From: Leptolyngbyaceae cyanobacterium
GTDB taxonomy: Bacteria; Cyanobacteriota; Cyanobacteriia; Phormidesmidales; Phormidesmidaceae
Assembly: GCA_050331235.1 (NCBI GenBank)
Contig: JBHJHA010000117.1
Location: forward strand, 1 to 39,582
Direction of reading: 5' to 3'
DNA: 39,582 nt
Shown: in pieces, positions 1 to 11,200 of the stretch
How positions within the stretch are numbered: the stretch's first letter is position 1
Layout: the number at the start of each line of letters is the position of its first letter
The notes under the pieces: model-generated
The model's database searches: none
Told to the model about the DNA's origin: nothing
The model's input: only the letters and a program-made list of their open reading frames with translations
Program-made: the position numbers and the translations under genes

Positions 1-1260
1 ATCAGTCACCGTATACGTCAAGTCAGCCGCACTAGACTCTTCATCCGTGACCGATAGGGTGGCGCTGGTTAGCGTTACTTGGGTGCCCTCCGTCAGGTCC
101 AACAAGACGGGATTTTCATCATCCGGCGCAACAATCTCAGGTACGTCGTTCACCGCGGTAAAGTCAACTGCCGCCATATCACTGGCAGTCTCGATCAGAT
201 CCGCATCGGGATCTGAGGCCGCAGTCAGTCGCCCCGCGTCGCTGACTTCTACGGTGTAAGCCGGGGGAGTGTCCGTCGCCGGGTCATTAACAAACTGAAT
301 TAACCCGTCGGTAATCTGCGCTTGAGTAAAGCTCTGAGAAGCCTGATCGGGGGCCGCCAAGACGGTCACCACTGTTCCATTTGGCGCATCTAGCAGTTCA
401 AACCGACCACCACTGATGGAGGTAATAGTGAAGCTGAGGGTGGCGTTGTCCTCTTCAACATCGGTGGCCGCTAGATTCGCTGCTGTAACCGTAAAGGTTG
501 CCCCTTCGGTTAGACTGATCTCGTTCTTGGTAATGATCGGCGTATCGTTATCTGCCAAAAACGTAATGTCAGCACTCGTCGATTGGCCGATGGGTAAAGC
601 ATCAAAGCCATCGCCGGGCAGGCCACTATCCACCACCCTGAGCTGATAAGTCGGCGCTGTCTCACTACCGTCATGCACAAACTGGATAAGGCCGTTATCG
701 ACATCCGCTTGGGTAAAGGCATCATCAGAAACCCCAAGCTTGGTCACGACTTCACCCTCGACCCTCTGGAAAAAACCATTGGTAACCGACTGAATATCGT
801 AGGAAAGCTCTTCGGCAGTGGACTCTCCCACCTCATCTGTTGTCAACAAGTTAACGCTATCAAGGTTGAGGGTAACGGTTTCCCCCTCGCCAATGGTTAA
901 GGTATTGGCCTCCACTACGGGAGCATCATTCACCGCATCAAAAAAGATCTGGGCTGGCGCAGGTGCCGATTGATCATCGCCATTGCTAGCAATGATGCTG
1001 TAGCTGGGTGCATTGTTAGAGCCATCATGCGCAAACTCCACGCGGCGATTTTCCACATCCGCCACAGTAAAGGCGGTCACAATGCCACCATCCAACAAAA
1101 AGTCGCCCGCCAAAGACGCTTCAGGGTCCGGCACAATCGTGATGAGAATATCCGCGTTGCTTACCCCTGCTGCACTTGCATTAATGTTGTTCAGCGATAG
1201 GGTGCGCGTGTTGCCTTCTTCGATGCTGAGAATGTTGCTATCAATTGTGGGGATTGCCAT
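1..1260 (-). CDS. Cadherin-like (CSPG/Cadherin_3-type) repeat surface protein, 5' part only (runs off the window)
   Basis: Not in the ORF track because it has no stop in the window. My translation from ATG at 1260 reads MAIPTIDSNILSIEEGNTRT...FAHDGSNNAPSY...VNDAPVVEANTLTIGEGETV...FTQADVDNGLIQFVHDGSETAPTY...TDEESSAADLTYTVTD and stays open to base 1 (420 codons). Same repeat type as the giant gene upstream. Confidence 0.9.
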   Translation of the reverse strand, partial: MAIPTIDSNILSIEEGNTRTLSLNNINASAAGVSNADILITIVPDPEASLAGDFLLDGGIVTAFTVADVENRRVEFAHDGSNNAPSYSIIASNGDDQSAPAPAQIFFDAVNDAPVVEANTLTIGEGETVTLNLDSVNLLTTDEVGESTAEELSYDIQSVTNGFFQRVEGEVVTKLGVSDDAFTQADVDNGLIQFVHDGSETAPTYQLRVVDSGLPGDGFDALPIGQSTSADITFLADNDTPIITKNEISLTEGATFTVTAANLAATDVEEDNATLSFTITSISGGRFELLDAPNGTVVTVLAAPDQASQSFTQAQITDGLIQFVNDPATDTPPAYTVEVSDAGRLTAASDPDADLIETASDMAAVDFTAVNDVPEIVAPDDENPVLLDLTEGTQVTLTSATLSVTDEESSAADLTYTVTD

Positions 1261-2211
1261 GGGATTCACTCTTGAAATCAATGCCGAAAAGAAGCTTCGC
1301 TCAATCTTGCCGCAGCCTGATGGACAACCTTTTTGTCATCAACAATTATTAGAAATATCGAATTGTCGAAATCACTAAATCAGAAAAATACCTATCAACA
1401 GGTTCTGGTTGCCTTAGTCTGAAAAAGCCACATAAACTGTAGCTCACTTTCAAAAAAATGAATAAGATTTTACCTTTCGTCTTACGAACCAGGAATTTCG
1501 AAGCTGCTGCGATCGGGGCTCGATCAGCACGTGGCTAACAGCTTATATCTCATCGCCAAAGTGCTCTTAAAACTAGAGTTGAGCACTTAAGCCAACTTAG
1601 CTTAACTTACTGAAATAGGCTGAGATTTCCTTTGCCCTGTTTAGCAGGGGCACTGACACACTAAAGGCAAGCTCGAACTGATAAACCCCTAGGAAGTTAA
1701 AGCTAGAAACGGTTCTAGGCAATTGGGCTGCTCAACTTGGTGGTGCCTCGGCAAGCGCCTCGAGCCTAATAGCAGTGATGCTAAAAAGGAAGATAAGAGC
1801 CGCCTTACCAGTACCATTCTTGATTGATTTTTCCTATCCTTATAGTCTGGCTAAGCAGTTGAAATATTAAGTTGTCAGCACCAGATTTTCATCGCAGAAA
1901 ATATAAATCAACCCCACAGTCAGCACATCCCTTCCGGAGGATAGATGAACCGACGGACTCTTTCCAAGCTCACCGTTGAAGCTGACTAAAATCAACTCTG
2001 GCTAGCCTCGAGGGGCCGCGATGAATTTTTAGGCAACAGCTTTTGACTAGCGATCGCACCTCGCGTTGTCTCAGGGCTGAGTTTTAGACAGTTGCTTAAG
2101 CTATCCAAAATGCCCTTCCTTGCGTGGACACAAACTCTTTCTATTGACCTCCGATCTTGTCTTGAGCAACCAATCAATCTAATCCGATCCTGAAATTCGC
2201 GTTTTTCCTAA

Positions 2212-2248
2212 CCCTCAATATCTGCGTTGCTGACGCAGATATTGAGGG
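2212..2248 (-). terminator. Perfect 16-bp stem-loop just downstream of the giant gene (terminator or 3' stabiliser)
   Basis: CCCTCAATATCTGCGT-tgctg-ACGCAGATATTGAGGG, 22 nt after the stop at 2271; no clear U-tract on the minus strand. Confidence 0.6.
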
Positions 2249-2270
2249 CATGCCCCCGATCACTCAATGG

Positions 2271-5200
2271 CTAAACTGGGAAGACAAACCGACCTTCAAA
2301 CCGTCCAGAGGCCACAAAATGTTGGAAGCCAGACGGCACTAAACCAACCAGCCCTGGATTGAGGCCAAGGTAACTGGCTTCGTTATATAGCGCGCTGGGC
2401 TGCCTGTTCTCAAACTGACCAGAAGTCACGAAATGCCCAAAGCCATCCGTAACACCAGCTGTTACCAAGTCAGGGTTATTAGCCAAGTAGAACGAGTTAT
2501 CAAACAGCGACAAACTGGGCAATCGCTGCTCATCAACCCCCGCCAAAATATAGTGCTGGAAGCCACTGGCCAAACCGCCGCTCGCTATGACATTGGCCAC
2601 GTCTGGGTTATTAAGCAAATAGTCACTCGCATCAAACAATTGGCTGGGATCACGATTTTCCCGATGACCAAAGTTCAAGTAATGCTGTAAACCACTGCTA
2701 AATCCACCCCCGAGCACTGCTGCTCTAAATTCAGGATCCTGCAGGTAGAAGGCTTCGTTGTAGAGCACACTGGGATTACGTCCCTCAAACTGGCCAAATT
2801 GGACAAAGTGGTCATAGCCAGAACTAAACACCGAGCCCACTAAGGCCGCAACATCAGGGTTTTGGTTGAGGTAGTAAAACTCATCATAGAGTTGCGCTAA
2901 GGGCAGGACATCTACCGTATCGGTAGGCGCCACGGCGGCGGGATTTTGTAATCGGAGGAACTGCTCATAATCTAAGAACCCACTGAGCAAACCAGTCACT
3001 GTGACAGACACTGTTGCCGTATCAGTCAGCCCGTCAGAATCCTGAATGGTATAGCTGAAGGTATCGGTGGTAGTTCGATTAACGGGTAAGACGTTAAATG
3101 CTCCATTGGGGTCGTAGGAGAAAGTACCGTTGCCGTTATTGGTTACCAAGCCCCGAGTACCGCCAGTATTGACACCGGCCAGACTAATGCTGCCCCCCTC
3201 GGGATCGAAGTCGTTAGCCAAGACGCTGCCCGTCGTAAAGGTTGTAGCCTCGTTGGTCGCAAAGCTCACTCCACTATCGTTGACGGCCACAGGGGGGTCA
3301 TTGACTCCTGTTACCACGATCGAGACTGAACCAGTGGCAGTGCCAGAGTTGCCGTCGCCAACCGTGTACGTAAAGTTTTCCGTGATCGTCTGTCCACCCG
3401 TCAGCGTCGCCGCTGGCGTATACGTCAGGGTTGACCCATTATTTGTCACTTGCCCAGTGATAGTCGAGGTATCGACGCCGCTGATAAAGAGCGTATCACT
3501 GACATCAATATCGGTGACATTACCATCAGTCAAGACATCGAGCGTCAGCGGTACACCTTCATTGGTAGCAAAGGAGAGTGAGGTGTTCCCCACAACGGGA
3601 TTTTCATTCACTCCGTTAAGTGTGATAGTGACTTCAGCCGTGTCTTGCTTGCCACCAGTATCTTCAATGGTGTAGTTGAAACTCTGGGTAGTTGACTCAC
3701 CCACGGCCAAGGTGCGGAAGGTGGGGGAGGGATCAAAGTCGATGGTGTCGCCATTGACCAGCGTAATAGTGCTACCGCCCACCATCACGGTATTGCCAGG
3801 GTTCACAGTAGCATCGTTGATTTTGACAATGCTGAAGGTATCGTTGTCGGGATCTTCATCATTGGCGGTCAAATTCAGACCGTTGAGAGCTTGATTGTCA
3901 TTGGTCTCAAACCCAGGACCACTGTCATCGACCGCGATCGGCGAGTCATTAACCCCGTCCACCGTCACCGTCACGGTGGCAGTGGCGGTCACCCCTTGGC
4001 TATCACTAATGGTGTAGGTAAAGCTATCTACATTTTGGGCAGAGTCTCCGAGGGTAAATTTGCCAGAGGGATCGTAGAGAATCGAGGTGCCGAGGTTAGT
4101 GACGGTGCCAGTTGTGCCGACAGTACCCACGCTGGTAATGGTCAAGGTATCACCAGTATCAACATCATCATCATTGGTGAGAACGTTGATGGTGATCGCA
4201 GTGTTTTCAAACGTTGTTGCCGTATCGGCCACCGCAGTTGGAGCGTCGTTCTGTCCATTGACTGTAATACTGACAGCGGCTGTCGCAGTCTTACCAGTCG
4301 CTAAGTCAGGATCGCTGTCGTTGACAGTATAGGTAAAGGTTTCTGTCACCGATGACCCCAGCGCTAAGGAGTCAAAGGCACCATTCGGATCGTAGCCGAT
4401 CGCGTTGCCCGAGATACTCACCACGGCTCCAGACGCTAGCGTCACTGGAGAAGTTTGCCCATCAATCTCAGTAACGACGAGCACACCACCATCGTCGGAG
4501 TCATTGGCAGTGACTGCCAAGTTGGTCAGCGCTGTATCCTGGTCCGTCACAAAGCTATCGTCAGCCGCGATCGGCGTATCGTTCACCTCCGAAAAGGTAA
4601 CGTTGCCGTTAGCGATCGATGCAATGACAGCATCCGTACCGTCACCCCCATCGCTCACGGTGAGGGTAAAGCTGGGCTCAACTTCCGTGCCATCGTGCTT
4701 AAAGACAACCAAATTATCGGCTACGTCTTGCTGAGTAAAGGTGCTAGTCGCCTCTAACTGGAGTGTCGTCGTGTTGAACAAGAAGAACTCACCCGCAGTT
4801 TCATTACTCGCGGTATAGGTCAGCTCAGCCGCACTATTGTCATCGTCGGTGGTCAGCAGGTTAGCGGTCTTCAGTTCTAAAGCCTGTCCCTCGGTAATGG
4901 GGAAACTGGAGGTAACAATTGTCGGCGCATCATTGACCGGGAAGTTGGTTAAGTCGATGACCGCTGCAACCGGGCCAGTCGAAAGCGCGTTTGTCGGATC
5001 GGCATCAGTTACCGTCACCTTGTAGCTTGGGGGCGTTTCATTGCCATCATCTTCAAAGGTGAGAGCGCCTGCCGCTACTTGCAAAATTGAGAACTCACCG
5101 AGGCCGTTGCCAGCGGCTGTGACATCTAGAGCTGCACCGTTAAGGAAGAAGGTGCCGCCGACAACATCAGTAATTTCAAAGATGAGTTCGGTGGCGAGAT

Positions 5201-8200
5201 CTTCGCGATCGGTCGCGGCTAAGTTTGCTGTAGTGAGGGTAATTTCCTCACCTTCGATGGGACTTAAAGTGTTGGCCGTAATCGTCGGCGCTTCGTTAGC
5301 CAGTTGGAAGGTAATTTCATCATCTAGCGTCTGACTGAGGGTGTTGGCCCCGGTCCCTCCATCGTTGTCCGAGACCGACAGCGTAAAGCTCGGGGCGTTT
5401 TCACTTCCATCATGGACAAAAGCGACCAGACCATTATCAATATCGTCTTGGGTGAACGTGGTTTGGGTCGCGCCATTCACCTTAAATGCCGCATTATCGA
5501 TGCTGTCTACGGTGTAGACGAGTTCTGTTGCTCCACTTTCTTCATCCTCAACAAAGATCTTGGGCTCTAGCACCGTGGCCATCGGATCGGGCGTTCCCGA
5601 CACAATCTGAATGGTTTCACCCTCAACCACAGTGGCAAATGGCAACACAATGAACTCTGCCGGGGTCGGAATATCGTTCTCCGCCGTGAAGTTAGCAGCA
5701 ACAGCAAAGTCAGTATCGGTGAGAACAACCGACTTAGCAGCCAAATCACCCGTTCCTGGGCTGATAGCCTCGTCTGTGAGGGTGATTTGGAAGGTCGGGG
5801 CGGTATCGTCTAGACCATCGTCGACAAAGGTCACGTTGCCGGCAATCACATCCGCCTGGGTAAAGGTGCCTGTCCCTGGGTCAAGCTTTGTGCCGCTGAG
5901 CTGGAACTCACCACCCACAACGCTATCGACGGCATAGGTCAGATTTGCTGGTAAAGACTCTTCATCTTCCGCCGTCAAGATTGTCGCATCAATGGTGACT
6001 GTGCCGTCTTCAGTCAGGACGATCGCATTTGGCGTGACAACGGGCGCGTCATTCACTGCGGTCAGCGTCCCTACAAAGTCCGCGCTGGTCGTGCCGCCTT
6101 CATCGTCAGTGACTGTCAGCGTATAAGTTGGTGGCGTATTTTTGCCATCATGCTTAAAGACGAGGTCGCCATTGTTCACCTGGACCCAAGTGAACTCAGT
6201 AATCGGCGTAGTCGCTGCGCTGGCGAGCGCAAAGAAGCCGCCCTCAACGTCAGACACTTCAAACGTCAGATCAATTTGGGCAGTTTCACCCGGTTCGTCG
6301 GCGGCGTTAATCTGACTCAGGGTGATCGACTTAGTCGCCCCTTCGTTAATCGTGAAATCAAACTGAGATAGCGTTACTTGATCGCCACCAGTACCAATCG
6401 TAATCGGCCCCGTAGAGCTAATGAGTGTGGGGTCATCATTTTCACGGGTAAAGGCAATGATCGCAGCCTCTTCAGCCGAGCTCTTTTGATCGGTTATGTC
6501 ATCATCGGTGACTTTCACCGTATATTCCGGCGCCGCATCAAAGCCATCGTGAATAAAGCTGACGCGACCTTCAACCACATCCCGCAGGGTAAAGGTGCCA
6601 CCAGTTTGTGCCGTTGAGTCCGAGGTAAAGGTCGTTTCGCCAAATGTGTTAGATTCGTCCGCGACTGTGCTCGGGTCATCGGCAATCACAAACTTACCGT
6701 TCTTGATAGCCGAAATCGTAAATTCCAGATCGAGGTTGGCCGTCTCTGAGTCAGTAGCACTCAGATTGCTTGTGTCAAACAGAATAGTCTGACCTTCATC
6801 AATTGTGAGGGCGTTGTTACCCAGCACTGGCGTATCGTTAGCATTGATGAAGTTGGCGGCCAAATCAACCGTCAGAGTGACTGACTCGACGGGTGACGGC
6901 ACACCACTATCACTCACCGTGACGGTGTAACTCGGCGCAAACTCGCTACCGTCATGCTGGAAAGCGACCCGTAGCAGATTCAGATCTTGCTGAGTAAATT
7001 CTGTCGTGGCCACCCCATCGAGCAGGAAGGTCCCTTTATTCACCTCATCAACGGTGTACGTCAATAGGGCCGGGTCGGTCGTTTCCTCATCTTCAAAGCG
7101 CAACTGATTAGCATCGGCTTGGTTGATGATCGTAGTGCCACCCTGGCTAATCGTGAACAGACCATCTGAGCGCACTTCTGTCGGAGTCGATGCAATCAAG
7201 AAAGGCTCTGGGGCATCGTTGACCGGCGTGAAGCTAATCACCGCATCGCTGGCCATAGAAGACGCCTGGGACATAGACTGGCTGCCCGTTCCATCGTCTG
7301 TCAGCGTGAGAGTGTACGTGGGGGCATCGTTACTGCCGTCATGCTCGAAGGAAATATTTCCATCGATGACTTCTTGCTGAGTAAAGCTAAAGGTCCCGGT
7401 TCCGCCTGGGGCAATTTCTGTTGTGCCGTTAAAGAACGCACCGTTGGTCAGATTGCTGATGGAATAAGTCAGGTTAGCCGGCCCAGTTTCGGCGTCAGAA
7501 CCAGCCAGATTACTGGTTGTGAGCGTAACTTTGTCGCCCTCTGTCAGGGTCAGAGTGTTAAGCGTAATCTCGGGGGCATCATTCACGGTCGTGAGCGTTG
7601 CCACATAATTTTGCAAGTCGCTCTTGTTGCCATCCGTAACGGAGACCGTAAAGCCAGGAGCCGTTTCGCTACCGTCGTGATTGAAGACAATCAGATTGCT
7701 GTCTAACTGGGCCTGAGTGAACGTTGTAATCGCCGTCTCAGTATCAGAGGTCGATGCAAAGAAACCACCGGCTACGTTGGAGACCGTCACCGTGACATCT
7801 TCAGGGGCCGTATCCGGATCGGTGATCTGAATGCCGGGGAAAGTATCGGCCGGATTATTGAGCACTAGGATGCCGCCCTCAATGATGGCAAACGGATCGT
7901 TTGCGGTGTTGAGCGGCGTATCACCGTCAGGGGTCAGCTCAGGCGCATCGTTCACCTCGATGAACGTAATCTCAGTCGGCGTAATCGGTGATGATTGGTT
8001 ACCCAGTCCTCCGGGCCCAGCATCTGCCCCGGTGTCAGCCACCTGCACGCTAAAGCTGGGAGCCTTATTGTCCGTCGGCGTTTCACCCGTATCGTCATGC
8101 TTGAAGAGGACATTGCTCTGAATAATATCGAGCAGTGTAAAGGCATTAGCGCCTGTCACATCTCCTGTGATGAAGGTGCTGCCACCATCCACGCTAAATT

Positions 8201-11200
8201 GACCGTTGGTGACGTCAGTAACGGTGAACGAGAGGTCAAGAGCATTCGTCTCAACATCGATCGCACTTAAGTTATTGGTCGTCAGGGTCACCGTTTGCCC
8301 TTCTGTGATCGTGAGCTTGTTGTTTTGCAGCTCAGGCACATCATTGACAAAGGTGAAGTTAAAGTCAGCCTGGGTCACCGTTTGCGTGACTGACTCAGGG
8401 GTCGGTGAACCGTTATCGTTCAGCGTGATGGTAAAGCTGGGCACCGTTTCAGTGCCGTCATGCACAAAGGTGATGAAATTATTGTCGATGTCGGCCTGGG
8501 TAAAGGTGGTGGTCTCTACGCCAATCCGCTGAAAGACGCCGCCTGAAACCGCATCAACGGTAAATTGCAAATCTTCAATATCTTGAACATTCGCCGCCAC
8601 TTCAGCATCGGTGACCTGGAATAGGGCCGGTGTGATGTTGAGCGTCCCGCCTTCGGTCAGAGGAATGCTGGTGGCATTGGCAGCATTAGCATCATCATCA
8701 ATGCGGAAGGTTGGAGCATCGTTGACGGGCGCAAATTCTACATTGCCATTTACAGCCGGCAGCGTTGTCGTCAGATCTTGTAAGGTAATCGTGAACTCAG
8801 GCGCATCTTCACCTTCGTACTTAAAGGTGACATCACCTGCCAGGATATTGCCCCGGGTAAAGCTGCCACCGTCTGTAAGTGGCGTGCCGCTGAGGGAGAA
8901 ACTCGCAAAATCAGCGCCGCTAATCGTAAAGACGATATTGGCATCAGGGGTATCTACGTCCGTCGCGTCTAGGATGTCGGTCGTGACCGTAAACTCTACG
9001 CCTTCTGTTACGTCGAACTGGTTGGTCTCAAGAACAGGAGGATCATCCTGCGGGTTGACCGTGCCACCCCCCGTGAGGGTCGAAGATTTATCGCCATCAC
9101 TCACGGTGATGGTGTAGCCGATGGTGTTGGTCGTGCCGTCGTTTTCCCCGCTGTTGACGAAGAACACCTTGCCCGCCGCCAGATCAGCCTGAGTAAACGT
9201 AGTCGTGGTATTCGTCGGACTGTTGACTGCAAATACGCCGCCAGTGACATCACTCACCGTAAAGGTCAGATCGTCATCGTCGTTATCTGCATCGGTTGCC
9301 GAAATGATGCTAGTGCCCACCGACGTGAAGCTATTTTCATTGACGGTAATGTCGCCAAGCTGGTTGCCGTTAGCGGGATTCCCATCTTGGTCAACAAACT
9401 CAGGCGCATCATTGACCGAGGTGAAGGTAACATCACCCGCAACAGCTACGCTCTTTGTGGCCACATCACCAGGGCCAGTGGTCAATGTCCCGTCGTCAGT
9501 TGCGGTGATGGTGAAGATTGGCGTCGTTTCTTCGTCATAGTCAAAGGTCACTGTGCCCGCAAAGACATCGGCGAGGGTGAACTGATCAGCAGTCAGCGCC
9601 GTTCCATTGATGAGGAAGCTATCTTTATCCGCTCCAGAAACCGTAAACGTGATACCAGAAATGTTGACGGTTTCTTCATCCGTAGCATTGAGTACGGAGG
9701 GATCGACCACTAGGGGAGTTCCCTCAGTCACGTTGAAATTATTGATGGTGATGACTGGAGCATCATTGACAGCAGATACTGTACCGACGCCCGCTGCAGT
9801 TGCCGTTTCCTCACCATCAGTAACGCTGATGTCATAGCTCGGATCGGTTTGGCTACCGTCATTGCGGAAAAACACCCGACCCAGATTCACATCATTTTGC
9901 GTAAACTCTGTCACCGGGTCAGCACTGCCGACGAGGAAGAAGTCACCCCCCTCAACATTCGAGACCGTAAACACCAAATCGCGGTCGTCAAAATCACCAT
10001 CAGTGGCCCGAATAACCTGATTCGTGATGGTGACATTGCCGTTCTCCGTCACCGTGAAGCTCGGCAAGATGCCATCGGTATCCGGCACCCCGCCATCGAG
10101 GAACACCGGCGTATCATTCACTTCGGTGAACGTCACATCACCCGCCACCGTCACCGTCGCCGGAGCGGGATTAGCCGGCGCCATTTCCTGGTCGCTCGCG
10201 GTGATGCTAAAGATTGGCGTCGTCTCACCCTCATAGAGGAAGCTCACCTCCCCATCCACGATTTGACTCCGCGTAAAGCTGTCGCCGCTGGCGATCGCCG
10301 TCCCATTCACCAAGAAGCTATCGGCATCATCACCGGTAATGGTGAACTTGATTTCGGTGACCGAATCAATGTCAATCGCATCCAGCACTGCCGTGGTGAC
10401 ATCAAACTCGACCCCTTCGGTTACATCAAAGTCATTGACAATAATCGTCGGGGCATCATTCACCGCATTGCCAATCGTGCCGACCACTGACTGTGGGGCA
10501 GAGCTCTTGCCGCCGCCATCGGTCACCGTCACGGTGTAGCTGGGAACTGTCTCAGTGCCGTCATGCTTAAAGAACACCGCTCCTGAGCTCAGTTGCGCCT
10601 GAGTGAATGTAGTGCTCACGGTGCCGGCCACCAAGAAGTCACCGCCTTCGATATCGCTCACCGTAAAGGTCAGCGCCGCAGGACCTGATTCTTCATCAAC
10701 TGCTCCAATATTCGGGTTGGCCGCCGTGCTCTTAACTTGCACAACGCCGCCTTCATCCACCGTGATGCCCAACAACGCTTCGATGGTGGCGCTAGCCGGG
10801 TCACCATCCAACAGGGGCGCATCGTTCACGGCGGTGAAGTTCTCGATATTCGCCGCTTCGCTATCTTGGCCGGCCGTCGGCGTCTCATCATCTGCCACTT
10901 TGATGGTGAAGGCTGGCGCGACGTCGTCTACGTTTTCGTACAGGAAGCTCACTTGATTGGCAAAGATCTGCGCCAGGGTGAAGCTTGTCGCTCCCGCGAC
11001 CCCATCCACGATGAAGCTATCCACACCGCGGTTCGCTGTACCGGTCACCGTGAAGGTCAAGGCCGACGGGTCCAGGTCATCTTCATCCACGGCGTTCAGC
11101 ACGCTCGTATCAACCGCCAGCTCCTCGCCCTCCACAATCGTGAAGTTGTTCACCGTGATGTCTGGTGCGTTATTGACCGTGTTGACGGTCCCAGTACCGC

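Noticed and set aside
1620..1680. ACAGGGCAAA on the minus strand resembling the start of a c-di-GMP-I (GEMM) riboswitch
   Set aside because: The following GNRA hairpin and GACGCAAAG...P2 elements are missing.
1925..1960. GTTCATC...CGGAAG resembling the cyanobacterial glnA (glutamine) riboswitch
   Set aside because: No GGAAGTA or GAAGGAACG core; kept only as an unnamed structured candidate.
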